A stretch of 60,036 nt of DNA, counting the filler, from Platydemus manokwari (Eukaryota), in the NCBI GenBank assembly GCA_037951405.1. It is 6 parts of 6 records of this genome, joined end to end, with 100 filler letters (N's around TTAATTAATTAA, not from the genome) between each part and the next. Parts side by side here need not be neighbours in the genome. Positions count along the whole stretch, not along the records: positions 39,089 to 50,350 come from JBBMOY010809980.1; positions 50,451 to 60,036 come from JBBMOY011228765.1; 4 more parts are not named here. The stretch is one strand, 5' to 3'. A model generated the notes under the pieces. It saw only the letters and a list, made by a program, of their open reading frames with translations, searched no databases and had not been told where the DNA came from. Made by a program: the position numbers and the translations under genes. This document shows positions 39,089 to 52,130 of this stretch, in pieces. Each line of letters starts with the position of its first letter. The stretch's first letter is position 1.

Positions 39089-39559
39089 TTATTTTCGTGT
39101 TTATAACCATATAATTAATCAGTTATACTAATAATTCAACAATAATAATTGGGAAAACGCCTTAACGTATACTAATTAAGACCGGGTTAAACATCTTGTC
39201 GACCAGTATATATATCAAGAAGTTTTATTAAACGAGTGCAAGTTAAATTGAGAAATTCTTCGGAACAGAATGGCAATGGCGTTAACAAATCCAAACACAG
39301 TAGCACTTATGCTGCTCGTCGAAAATTGAATATTTCTTCTCATTCTAGGTGACGTACTATACAATTACAGATACAAAGAAATCTCAGTGCAAATCCTTTT
39401 TTCTTTTGCAATATTTTGTTCTCATCAACATCAATCAAACTGCATTATCCACATTAAAGCAATAATTCATCACAGATATGAGATATACACGGTTTATAAA
39501 ATTAAAGAGAAATTGGAAGCACAATAAAATTATAAATATTTACAAAAGATTATTATTAT

Positions 39560-40900
39560 TATTACTTCTGCGTATATTGGTTTGGATTGGGGCATGAATA
39601 GTTTTACTTTGACTTCCCCTTTATTCCGAAAAGCTTTGATGCAATTGTCAACCAGCTTCCTCAAGATTTTCCAGATATATTAATTATAAAATTTGTTATA
39701 CAGTGTTATACAATGTTTTAGTCTGAATCAATTATTTGTCAAAACCCCGATACATTTATTTCATTAAAATTTGTTAATTTTAAAATCACAATTAAAACAA
39801 CATATCCAAAAGGATCAGATCTTATAAACTCTATAAACTCTGTAATTAAATTGTTAGGATCTATAGTTGAGTTCTTGGGATCATTGCAAGATTACAACAC
39901 CAATTTGTTTGAAATAAACTTCTCGATTGAGTTAAACTGTGTGTAACTATTTGTTGTAAATTCATAAATCGTTGAAAAAATAAACATTAAAAAAACTACT
40001 GTGTTATTATTTTGTGATTACTTAATCTTAACAAATGTAAACATAATAGAACTCACGTTGTTGAGTGGTTAGGAATTAAACAAACATCTATCACAACCCA
40101 ACAATTATATAATATTAAATTTTATTATGTTATGTTATGATTTCTTTTACTTAATTGTCACGATAATGCTTCAATTATTACCACTGCTTAATTCATTTGT
40201 TTATTAAAAAATTGCTTAAATAAATTATAGACAATGGAATTTATATCCACTAGAAACACATAAGATATGGGTTTTTTTCAGATGTGTAAAAAATATACAA
40301 AATATTATCATACATCAAGTAAAAATATACAAATCATAATCATGCGCAGTTTTCAATAAATTGGCTAGAAAATTGGTTCAGGTTTTTGCCTTTTAATCTG
40401 GATTTTGAATCATTTACATTGATCGTATATAGGTCTATTTTGCATCCAATTATTTTATATTTATTTATGGTGATTTTTCAGTATTGCCTGTTTGGTATTC
40501 TCCAGGAGCCTTCTTTCTGCTATATTTCCATAGCTCTCTTTCAATCACTGATATATTCCAAGCGTCTTTTAAGACTAGATAGCCCCGTACTACTTTTTCA
40601 TATTTTCCCACTTAGTTTATTGTACTGCCATTCAACTCTCTTGTTTCATTCAAGATTCCGGATCTCGTGATTTCCTCTAGATTCTGTAAAGCTTTTGTGC
40701 AATATGGTTTTATGGCATCCATTGCATCGCGAATGACCCACTGGTCAAATGGTTTGGTTTCCGGTGGACTCATGTTGTTGTAGGCACTTATTATGGAGTT
40801 TTCTTGGGCCAATTGTTGACAGAGTCTTCCTTTTCTTGATTCAATTGCTTAGAAGATATTTTTTAACAATAATTATTATTTTCTTTTTTGTGACTTTCTT
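39560..40900 (-). mobile_element. Decayed LINE ORF2 remnant
   Basis: The 40612-40812 ORF frame continues past a stop into ISVIERELWKYSRKKAPGE (KAPGxD motif). KCIGV (cf. KYLGV) and IWK..KVKLF..PIY follow downstream. Confidence 0.5.
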
Positions 40901-42925
40901 TCAATTAACATCTGTTGGATATAAGATATATAATAGATGATAAAATATAAAACACGTATGCTCTCATAGTCTAGGAATGAAATTTCAATTTATTACAATC
41001 ATTAATTTGGGTTACCATGGAAAATGAGTAAGTAACCTTGGAATATTTGATGTTTATATAATACCAAGACAATACAATTAATTGGTGTGGCAACTTATAA
41101 AACCATCTAAAATAAGTCACCAAACAAATAATCAGTATTTAAACCAATGCAAATCGTATGAATTTGCACAAAACTTTCGGAGACAAAACTGTTATTGATT
41201 TTTCATTATCATTTCTGTACCCATGTAAAAGTACTTACGGATTTATTTAACAATTATTCAATATTATTTGAATGGCAATCACTCAATAATAGTGGAATCA
41301 TCAATTGTGAGACTACTACATGCTTAAAGTAAAAAATGGGCAAATAGTTAATTTGAACTTCATCAAAATCATTTATGAATTCAATGGCAACTTTTTTTCT
41401 ATTAAACAGTTAAGTTGTTAAAAAAAATTATTTTCTAGAAAATATTTTAAATTCAAAATCAGAATAAACTAATTACTGATATGTAATTCTTAAATGTCAA
41501 AGTTCTACAGTTATTTCTCTGGATGTCGCCACTTATGTATTTACATCTCATAAAAGCACACACTCCAATAACACAGACCTGGAAAGTATATTTCATTGAC
41601 ATTATGTATTTTCTTTTAGAATCTCTGGTTTTTATCCACTTTCATTAAATATAATTCAGTTAACATACAAACATAACTAATAAACGCTTTCAGTTATCAT
41701 TATTATATAATTGAATCAATTAATTAACACGTAATATCGTAACCTTTAACTAAAAATGAATAAATACGAATTGTGTACACTTTAAAAAAACTATCGTTAC
41801 AAATTTGTTGAAAATTCTTTAAAATAATCGGAAATTAATGAGACTAACATTTGAATTAATTTTTAAAAATAACAAAATAAAATAGCTTGAAAATGAAATT
41901 GTCCAAAAAGCACTTATTAAATTATATAAAATAAGTATTTATATTATTTTTAAAATTAGTTAAACGAAAAATGGATATGGGAACTAATATCATTTATAAT
42001 TAATGAATTTTCAATCGAAACATTTTAATGATTAAATGAAATTATAAATTAGATTTTTATAATTTCAATTTTTACACCAGATTAATTCATCGTTAATAAT
42101 AATATATCATTAAATGAAGTGTTTTCTTAAAATAACAACCGGTATTTAAATTAATAAGATTTAATCTTGTTCGAACAATTTATAATATATAAATTTTACG
42201 TGTCATTTTGTTGATTACATTATGATTTCTAAAAAATTCAAGATCGCTTTTTAGCCAAACATAATGTAACCAAATAAATCTTTAATAAAATTAATATATA
42301 ACGATGTTACCCAACTGTATGAAAGCTCACTATGGAAAGACATTAAAAAAAGAAATATTAAAATAGGAATTCAAATTAACGAATTTATAAAAATTATTAC
42401 TTAGTATTACTTAATAATGGAAAACAATTTCATGACCTAGTATATTTATAGGCAATTTATTTATTGAAATTATAATAAGAAAATAATAACATAAGAACTT
42501 TTCAGTGCTTATCTTGTTATATCTAAACTGATCTTTCATTTAATCTTCAATACTCGGCAAATTTATAAATAAAATTTTTTCTGAAAATAATTTATACAAC
42601 CCATGACTCATTTCTTGATAAAAATTGTGAAAATAAATAAGTGATCTTGAATTACCGGTTTATCTCACTTAAGCTATACTCATATTTTGAGTAGTTTTTT
42701 TGATGATAGAAATAAATATAGAACTAAGTACAATGACCAGTCTAAAAAGTAAATCACGCGAACAAATCTAATATACTATTTTTAAGAGCTGATTTTAACA
42801 CCATAATCAAATAGATTTAACTATTATTAAAAATAAATCAAGCAAACAATTATTACGATCAAATCATTAAAAAATTCAACATGTATTTACATGAATATTA
42901 AAAAAATTAATACAAAAGTAATTAT

Positions 42926-43564
42926 TTATAATTTCTTCTGTCTTTTGTTAATCCCTGCTGACCATTGCGATAAAAGACTTTCTCCGAAATAGAGAGCGAA
43001 TCCATGAATTTGGATACATATCAGTAAGAATAGATACCAAATGATAATTGTATACTTTTCAATCAATTCATTCTTTGTTGAAAACAAAACGTATACTTTG
43101 TGGAATTGTGTATAAATTGCATAAACAACAGGAACAACATTAAAGCAAACAATTAAAATATTGGAAAATCGAAGTAATTTCAAATTTTTTCTTCGAATTG
43201 ATACTTGAGTTAATAGGATGACAAACAGAGAACCAATGATCCAAACTTGTTCCCATGGAGAATGCTCATTTGTCAATAACTGAAATATAGCAATAATTCA
43301 AATAAGTAGAAAATTTTAGAATTGTTTATCGAAAATATAAATTGATTTACTTACATCATTTAAAATAGAATTTTCAAATGTTAAGTTCAAAAATTTCGTT
43401 ACTTGGCGTGCTAGTAATAACACCCATAAAAATAAATGTAGAAGATCTAAAAAGGTAATTCGCTTTTTTTGATTTGCAATACTGCACCTAACTGGGCCTT
43501 GATCACGATTATCACTGGCTGTACCACGTTTCCCAGTATTCTTTCGATGGAATTTAGATGACAT
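42926..43564 (-). CDS. JAGN1: Jagunal homologue (ER membrane protein), 187 aa; exons 43564-43355 and 43279-42926
   Basis: A 75-nt GT-AG phase-0 intron joins the two ORFs. HLFLWVLLLAR, PWEQVW and WYLFLLICIQIHGFALYFGESLLSQW match jagunal motifs ([40 protein letters not shown]). Lysine-rich C-terminus. Confidence 0.85.
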
Positions 43565-46500
43565 TGGTTTGAAATAAATGGTTAAATAATTTAAACAACT
43601 AAAAGAAAATTAATATTTTAAGTAATAAAAACTTAATTATTCTTCTTATTTAAATTATGTTATAAATTAAACTATAAATTTCCACTTTAAATATTTAACA
43701 TCATAGGGTATTAATATAATAGAATTTGTTTTAAAATTATTTTAAGATATAATTAAACACATGGTATATATATTCAGAAATTTTGAAAAGTGTATTACTA
43801 CTCTCCTAGCAGTGTCTGGGCTTCAAAATAGGTTTACTAGCAACGTTTAATTTTACAATTAAATAAATTCTACTATTAATAAATTTCATAGATATAGTAC
43901 AGAAATTATAATATTGAATCATATAAATTTTTTTCAAAAGATCCAGGCCCTTCTAAAAATAGTTACTACAAATGAGAATATAAAAATAATTCATAAATTC
44001 CGAAAATAGAAATGACAAATTAATAAATACGTAAATAGAATAATAAACCATGGGATACTAAAAATAATATATTAAAAAGTACAGAAATAAACAAAGACGC
44101 CAATAGGTCAAAAAGCAAAGAATAATATATAAATATGACGCATAAAAATGCCCATATCTTATTTTGTTTAATAAGCCATAATTTATTGTACGTGGAACTA
44201 TTTTTTCCAAGTCAGCACAAAATTATATTTGGGGAATTATATTTTTATATAATCTTCCCAACAGCAAAGCAGAAACTAAAAACGAAAAAAGTGATAATAG
44301 TGTTTATCAGGTAGCGTGACTAAAGTAATATTTACTTCATAATTTTTCTAACAATAGTAATGCATTTTAATATGATCACCATTGTTTTCGCCAGTGTCTT
44401 GGGCTCCGCCCAACCACTAATTAATTAATTTTTAAACTTACCAAAGTAAACATTTGCTCTCTGTGCAGTTGCCGGAGTATAAGGTCCCAACTATTGTCAG
44501 TAATTTTCCGGGACCTTGCAGCTCTCTGCATAAGGGACTTGTGACATCATCACAAAACAATATCAGCTAATTAATCAAATACTATCAATTTTCTCCTGGT
44601 TATTTGTTATTAATTGTATTATTAATTTACTATTGTATATCATATGATTCATAATTGTGATCATACATTTGTATTTTTAGAGTAATTATATATTTTAGTA
44701 TTTATCATTTTATTTATTTATATCTAAATTATTTTCTAACATTTTCACACTGCCTTTCGAGTAAAGTATAAACATACGAGATTATCTTTAGAAAACCATT
44801 TGAAGTTTGGAGTTAATCAAAACCAATCAACGAGAAAAAGAACATAATTAAAAAGTAAATTTAGATGACATAATTAAAAAGTAAATTAATCTTTGTTGAA
44901 TTACATGTATTGAAAAAATCTATATTTTAAAATATGTCAACACGTCGGAGGCTCGACATATGTACCTTTCCTTATTGACCCTTATTTCTTTATTATCATA
45001 TTGGATAAATTGCGACGTATTGACTGATCAATTAAGCTTGTTGGTTGGTATATTTTTGTAAAACTTAATTAAATTGGATAACTCTGTACTGTGTTAGATA
45101 ATATTTGATATTAATATTATTATATTTATAATATATTTTTTTAATAAAGAAATATTGATTTAATCTCTGATTTTTTGATTATTAATTCACGCAGCTATCG
45201 GATTGATATCGCACTTTAGTTATAAAATATAAAAGGCATAGCCCAAACAATATTTACTGAATCTGATTTGGACATTCAATCTGATAGAAATATATGACAC
45301 TATTACTCTCGTAATCCCTATATTATTAATGGAGTGCGAAGCTAAAGAACATTGCAATACCTTATAATACTCAGCGGGCCTTTAATAACTGATAGTAACA
45401 TCAATCAAAAAGAAAACTTCATCGCATGGTAGAAATGATAGTGTATGAGGCCAGAAAATTTCGGTTGGAATATAATCACTGATAAAAAATTGTCTAGATA
45501 AATATAGAACTATAATAAACAAATAAATCAATTAAGTAATAATAATGAACAAAACATATTAATTGATTAAATAAACCTAAAATTTTCTAAGCACTCAAAT
45601 ATGATTATGCCTCCCCAACAAAGAAAACAATATCAAGAGTATCCGAAAACTCTCAAAACATATAACGGGAAGTTACTGTGAGAACTTAAGTATTTGTGAA
45701 TATTAGAATCTGCAGCTGTAGAAAAATTAATCAATGACTTTAATTTGTGAGTTCAAATGTAATGCAAAAATCAAAGCTTACGTCCAACTATTATCAGAGT
45801 TTTTCGTGTGATCTATTGGTTATGGTCTTTATTTTTATTGTTTTCTTGAGATTCATAAGGGTGACATATTGATTTTATGTAGTTCGAGTCATTCAATACT
45901 ACCATTAAACGTTTATTTGTTTTATAAGTTTTTGAATTATAACAGTGATAAAATAATAAATATTTCAATCGAAACATTTGTTATGAAAATTGAAAATATC
46001 ACAACTAACATGTTGAGAAACTAATTCAATATCATTTCCTTTTAATTCCTCAATCGAGTTGAGCAAATCTTTTGATTCATAATTTTAATTCAATTAATCT
46101 CTGAGTTGAAATTCTTAGCGAAGTAATAGTTTGAATATTGTGGTAAAACAGCCGAAAACACACAATTAAACACAATCTGCAAACAGATAACAGCTAAACG
46201 AAATAGCAAAGAAATAACTATCGGACCTGTATAATTTGCTCTGGGTTCAAACGAAGTGGATTTCTTGACAGAATATATTGGTTTGCGAAAATTCTGAAAC
46301 CGAACGCGTATAATTTATAACATTTGCAAACGTTAAGAACAGTTTCGGTGTGAATAAAATTTCTTCCTATATCCTATTCTAGGTTGTGATATTAACAACT
46401 TAAAAATAAAGATAAGAAAATCAGCTCAGCATAGTGGAAGTTTGCATTGTCACATTATAATCGATTGAAAGAACAGGTTGATTAATTGTCCAATATTAGC

Positions 46501-48545
46501 AAAAAGATTAATCCCCAATTACCATTTATCTTGCTATGGCAATGAGATATGTCTTTTTTCATTCAAAATATGACTTTCAGAACTGATCATCCAAAAGATT
46601 AAACTGAACACATCTAAGTCTGAATCTTGCCTAGATGTAATAATAATTGAGTACATACCTCGTAGTGAGGGGACCACATTATCAGGTTTGCAACTCATTC
46701 TCGATGTGACTTAACAATATATTTAAACTATAACTAAGCTATGAAAATAGTTCCGATGTATGAATAATATTTTATGACTTATGTGTTGGCATTAAATCGT
46801 TTGCATAAGACTTACTTGCCCTTTGTTGAAGCATAAGATTTCGAGGGGTTTCAAACTGCGAGAATTAGAACTTCATTCCCATCAATATGCATTTAACCTC
46901 ATGTAGTATTGAAACTAAGTTTGTGTATTTATTGGATTTTTGAAATTGATTACATCTAATTTTGATAATCGACTATTGGCCAATAAAATATTCTAAAGAA
47001 CATTAATGCTATTATATAAAGGTATTTTTCAGAAATGTCTGAATATTTATGTATAAAAGTAAAAAAAAAGTATTGTAATAATGCTCGAATATTTACAGAA
47101 TATTTTATTTCATTTCTATATCAGTATTAAATGGAAAAGCATGAAAAATTATGTAAAAGGTTCATTAATTTTTATTTTGGAAATAGATTTTTGATTCTCG
47201 AATTATCCCAGTAAAGTTGATGCAAAAATAAATATTATTAACATTTAAAATCCAAAAGTTTTTCATGATTAAATTCCTAACAAAATCCCAACGAGAGTAC
47301 AAGCAATAAATTTGACAAAATAATTAAGTCACTTATCAATAAAATAAGTTACACCAATTAACATGATTTCAGAAACCCACTGAAAAAAACACATTAAATC
47401 AATAAACGAATTTGAATAAAAATAATATAAAATATATAAATCCGACAAATATAGTTCACAGTTAAGAGAAATCCACGGGTGAACCAATTTATATTTTATC
47501 TCGAAGAAAGCCACATTCTAGCAGTTATTGCAATTATATGCCCAGTGTTTACTGAAAGATTTTGCATCTTGTTCGTTTAAGTAATCTGGACCAGGACAAT
47601 AAGTTGGTAATTCATTTGTTAAAATCGCATTGGAAACTGAATCAAATTTCAATAAACGCGAGTCTTGTGAACGATTTTAATCCAAAATCACGAAGTTGTT
47701 TTATCATCGAAAACTAGTCTGGAATTCGAGAAATCAAAATCAGTTGCATGTCCGGAAAATGACCTATTTGTATTGCTTAATACTTATTTTTACGTATATC
47801 GAGTTTGATTTCTCAACATTTAGTAATTTTTATTGTTTTATCGTAATCACATTGTGTAATTATCGTACAAGAGGTATTTGTCTTTTATTATTAAAACATT
47901 TTATTTAAGTGTAAAGAATATTGTTATTAATTGAGCAAGTGACTATAGCAGTTCTAGAGGCATAAGCGAGTTCATATTAAATTTTTATTTCAAATATTCC
48001 AACATCAACTTTCACAATAAAAAAAATGTCGCATATTTCAAAATGGATTAATTTTCTTATTTTAATTAATAGTTGACAAAAGGTTATTTTTTCCAAATCA
48101 ATCTTGGAATACACCGCCTAAAATTTTTAAATGTTATTTTTTTTAACGATTTTTATATTCTAGTTCTTAGTCAGAGAATTTTCAAATTTCTTGACATATT
48201 ATGTTCCATATAAATAGTTTTTAAAAAGTCTGGTAATAACATTAGTTAACAAATTATGAAACCATTATCAATATTGCACAATCTACAAGCATTTAATCCA
48301 TGTTTAAAAGTAGTTGCTCAATATACGGAATACAAAACAAATCATAGATATATCAAAATAATAGTCTAAACAAAAAGAAACGTTTTCAACTTATTAAGTA
48401 TTGGTAAATTATACGTCTATTATTGTTGTAAAATGTTGACAAAGTAGAAATAATAGACATAAAATACTCACATATTTAATCGTAAAAATATAATTTGCAA
48501 AAATTAACAAAATCAACATCAGTATCTTAAAGAAATGAGAGTATT

Positions 48546-48940
48546 TTATTGGGCTCCTGGAGGAATATTGAACGTCAGTGACGAAATTTGCATAAGACGA
48601 CTGGCCATTTGGTATTTCACAATCCATGTAATGATTGCCACTAACCACAACACCGTTCCTATCATACTTCCAATAACATCTTAAAATTTAATTATTTAAC
48701 AGATTTAGTTATAAATAATATACTTGCATCTTTTAATTTGTTTTTGTTCAGGAAAAGTTCGAGCTTGAAAAGCTAATTTAAAGAACCACAGTGAATTGAT
48801 CAACCACATAAAAGGGAGACAAAATAAGCCTCCTAACAGAAATATATACTGTTTTGAACAAAAAACGAAAATAAATTACCAATGAAGTACTTTTTACATA
48901 TTATCAGTTGCTCAGAAGATGGTACAGAATTTAAATCCAT
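48546..48940 (-). CDS. PSENEN: Gamma-secretase subunit PEN-2, 99 aa; exons 48940-48880, 48832-48728, 48679-48546
   Basis: Spliced product MDLNSVPSSEQLIICKKYFIGGLFCLPFMWLINSLWFFKLAFQARTFPEQKQIKRYVIGSMIGTVLWLVAIITWIVKYQMASRLMQISSLTFNIPPGAQ* aligns end to end with PEN-2. Introns are 47 nt (GT-AG) and 48 nt (GC-AG). Confidence 0.93.
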
Positions 48941-50350
48941 AATTAAATAAAACAAAGCCGCAATTTCACAATATTATATTTTAACTGAAATCTTGATATT
49001 AATTTTTATATTTAATGTACTATTTTAAATAAAGATTACTTTTTCGATTAATTAGAGGAACAGAGGAACCACTTGACTTATAATTTTTATAAATATTTTC
49101 TTTAATTCTAAAATTTTTCATAATTATAAAAAACTTATTTTGTACATTAATGATCTGCAATAAATTTTTTAATATGAATTAGTTATTTAATTTTCCATGA
49201 CACCAACTTAAAAAAATCAAACATCCTACCACATTGACAAACCATTAATATATTAACAAATATATAAGATACCGTTTAAAATAATAAGTGGGGTGACCTG
49301 AAAAGACCTAATGGCACTCTAATGCAAATCAAAAATAAATTGGAGCAATGATTTTAAGATTCAAAGAAATTCCAATGAATTTAGTAATTCATAACTAATC
49401 TTCTACCGGAGATTGATGTAAATGTAATGATGATAGTTAGAAAAATTGAAGTTATCATGTTTAGAATTTAGAATTAAGATTTGAATCTGAAATTAAGTAA
49501 TGTCATAATTTCTATTTGCAAATAATTGAAAATTCCGTTTACAAATGACTTATACAATATTAAAATCTTGCTACAGGGTTTGAAGTATGGATTGTTATGA
49601 GAAATTTTTGTGCAAAAAATGACGTGTGATTCTAGTTTATGTACTATTTGTTGATGAGTTTAATGATTTATTTCTGATCTTTCCCTTAGTGATTTATTAT
49701 ATTACCATGGTAACTTACTTCATTATCATTATGCTATGTTTTAATAATTAAATATCTTTATATATTTTTTAAATTTTCACGGAAAAGTGAATAAGAAAAA
49801 ATTGAATTTTAATATTTAATTATGATTATTAATATGTTTTGTACTTAGTTGGCTTTAGCTTCAATTATGTATATTATTTAATTGTGTAGTTATTATTTAT
49901 GCATATTTTTATGTATATGAGTTTATGCCCTTATGGCTTATACGTAACAATCTTCCGTTTTATACAGATATCTCATTTTTGAACTTTACGTTCAATTTTT
50001 CGAGATATGTTTGACTAATAATAAATATTCTGAATATTAACAATCAATTTCTCGCTGCCGATATTATTATTGGATTGTATGATGGTATGGTATGGGGTGG
50101 TAATATTGTTTAATTAATTGGTAAGTTTACGCTGTGACCTAAAAACACTGGTTCTTATGGGGGCTTCAACACCTGGTGTTGAAGACCAAGATGTCAGTAG
50201 ATGATTTTAGTATATTAGATTGAAGCACAGAGATCTGGACTTGAAACGGAATTATATTAATACTGATAAGCATGGTTGTATATTATAATAAATAACAACT
50301 CGATGGTATATCAAAGGTTTATTAAACTAAATTAATTGTTACAAATGATT

Positions 50351-50450
50351 NNNNNNNNNNNNNNNNNNNNNNNNNNNNNNNNNNNNNNNNNNNNTTAATT
50401 AATTAANNNNNNNNNNNNNNNNNNNNNNNNNNNNNNNNNNNNNNNNNNNN
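50351..50450. other. Artificial contig spacer
   Basis: N run with central TTAATTAATTAA. Confidence 0.98.
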
Positions 50451-50829
50451 GAGTAGTCCTCGGCCGGTAATTCAATTTGGTGCACGGACTTGGTCCGTAT
50501 TTTGTTGACAGAACTTTATTAGGGGCTAGGCCCTTGTGTAATCAACTTTTAAATCGTGTAAATTTGTGAAAATATAACTTAGTGATCAACCATTTTGTTT
50601 TGATTTTTGGAGTCAGATCAGTACAAAGATTGTTGCACTCTACAGTCGGTAGAAGCAACAAAATTGAAAATGTACGATTTGTAAAATATTATTGATTAAC
50701 ACGTAACTTATAATCAGAAGGTTTGATAATCATTATCACATTATAATCTCTAACTTATCTAGACTCCTTCAGATGAGGTCGATGTTGTGTTGTCGCTCGG
50801 TTATATAATAAAAAACCATCGAAAAATAG

Positions 50830-51170
50830 TATAGGGCGTGTCACTTAGGTGACCGAGCACCTCTCTCTCCAAAAATGAAAGTGGGAAACCAGTAAAGTGT
50901 ACTTAAATGATTTTATAGAACTACAAGGCTAAAACTAGCTATGGGTCGACCTTAATTACAATAAAAACTTAACTCATTTGGATTTCTGAACAATAATAAC
51001 TAAAAATAAAGATTGTTTTCTTAATGTAATCCAGATTGGTAGAATTCGTCCTGAAATAAAACTATGTAGTTTGATTTAAATAAACAAAATTTAGCTTTTC
51101 ACCAAAATGCGTAATCAACTTTGTGCTTGTCAATATTGTGCGGCAAATGATTGTTGCTGCCAGTGGTCTA
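50830..51170. repeat. Unclassified dispersed repeat, related to 25250-25660
   Basis: Shared sequence blocks as listed for 25250-25660. Confidence 0.65.
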
Positions 51171-51304
51171 GAGTATTTTGTGCTCATTATTAGGCAGATT
51201 GCCTACATTTTTAACAATTCTTATCAATGTTTACACTTCAGTGCCAATATATGTATTTGTTTAAATACTATTATGCTTGTATAACGTTTGAATTGATAAA
51301 TATT

Positions 51305-52078
51305 AATATTCTACTATTCCTTTATCACATTAATGATATAATGGATTTTACTTCTATTATACAATAATTAGCATCACATTCTAAGTCAGAATCTTTTCAA
51401 TTTCTAATGTCATAGTGCATTTATTATTAATTTTTCTTCTTGAGCACTAACATCAAAACAAAATATTGAGAAAAACTTTTGAAAATCTAATATATTCAAT
51501 TGTGGTTTTATCAAAGTCTTTACATAAATTAACATAAGCTAAACAAGGTTCTGTTTGATTATTATCTCCTATAATGCATTTTATTCATTGGGTGATTGAA
51601 GTTATTATTTAATTTTACTCTTAATAATATAATTTTATTATTATCAATTAAAGAATAAATGTTGAGTTAGTTTTTGTAAAACTAATATCATGATATTTGA
51701 ATCCTATTAGTATATATCGCGGTCTGTTTTTTTAACAAAGAAACCTACCAGGTATATACTGATAAATTTTGTAATACTAACAAAAATTGATGATCTATTT
51801 AAATAATTAACTGAAATAAGATTACCATTATTTAAATTTTCAAATAATTCAAGTTCATTCTCTACATTTAAAGTTAATTCGGGCATCCAAAATTCCAATG
51901 ATTTAATAGTTAATTTTCCAACCCCTTTTGTTCGGTAAAATATTTTCGTATCAGCATAGGTGATCAGATGACTCTTAAACATAACATCAAAGTGTTAACT
52001 TTCTTCGTCGCGGACTTCATTAATCATTTCAGAATTTAAAGTTAATCTTGGCAATACCAAGTTCACGGATTCAATTTT
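51305..52078 (-). pseudogene. Polinton/Maverick double-jelly-roll major capsid protein pseudogene
   Basis: Ordered motifs GKLTIKSLEFWMPELTLN, LRVKLNNNFNHP, AYVNLCKDF, FSIFCFDVSAQEEKL, MTLEIEK, ANYCIIE follow the C-terminal half of Polinton capsid proteins. Several frameshifts. Confidence 0.7.
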
Positions 52079-52130
52079 GTGTAATGATTACAATTAAATT
52101 CTAAGTATAATTTGTAGCTCATTAATTATT

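Noticed and set aside
48409-48648. 79-aa ORF from the track
   Set aside because: It is an alternative frame overlapping PEN-2 exon 3.
50164-50184. 10-bp-arm palindrome cttcaacacc-t-ggtgttgaag
   Set aside because: Short, single and without supporting context.
50760-50830. Possible hammerhead ribozyme (cagatgag...cgaaa)
   Set aside because: The core reads CAGATGA rather than CTGATGA, and I could not build convincing stems I and III.
620-52078. A single giant Polinton spanning the PLA2, protease and capsid fragments
   Set aside because: The fragments lie on three different contigs, and no polymerase, integrase, ATPase or TIRs were identified.
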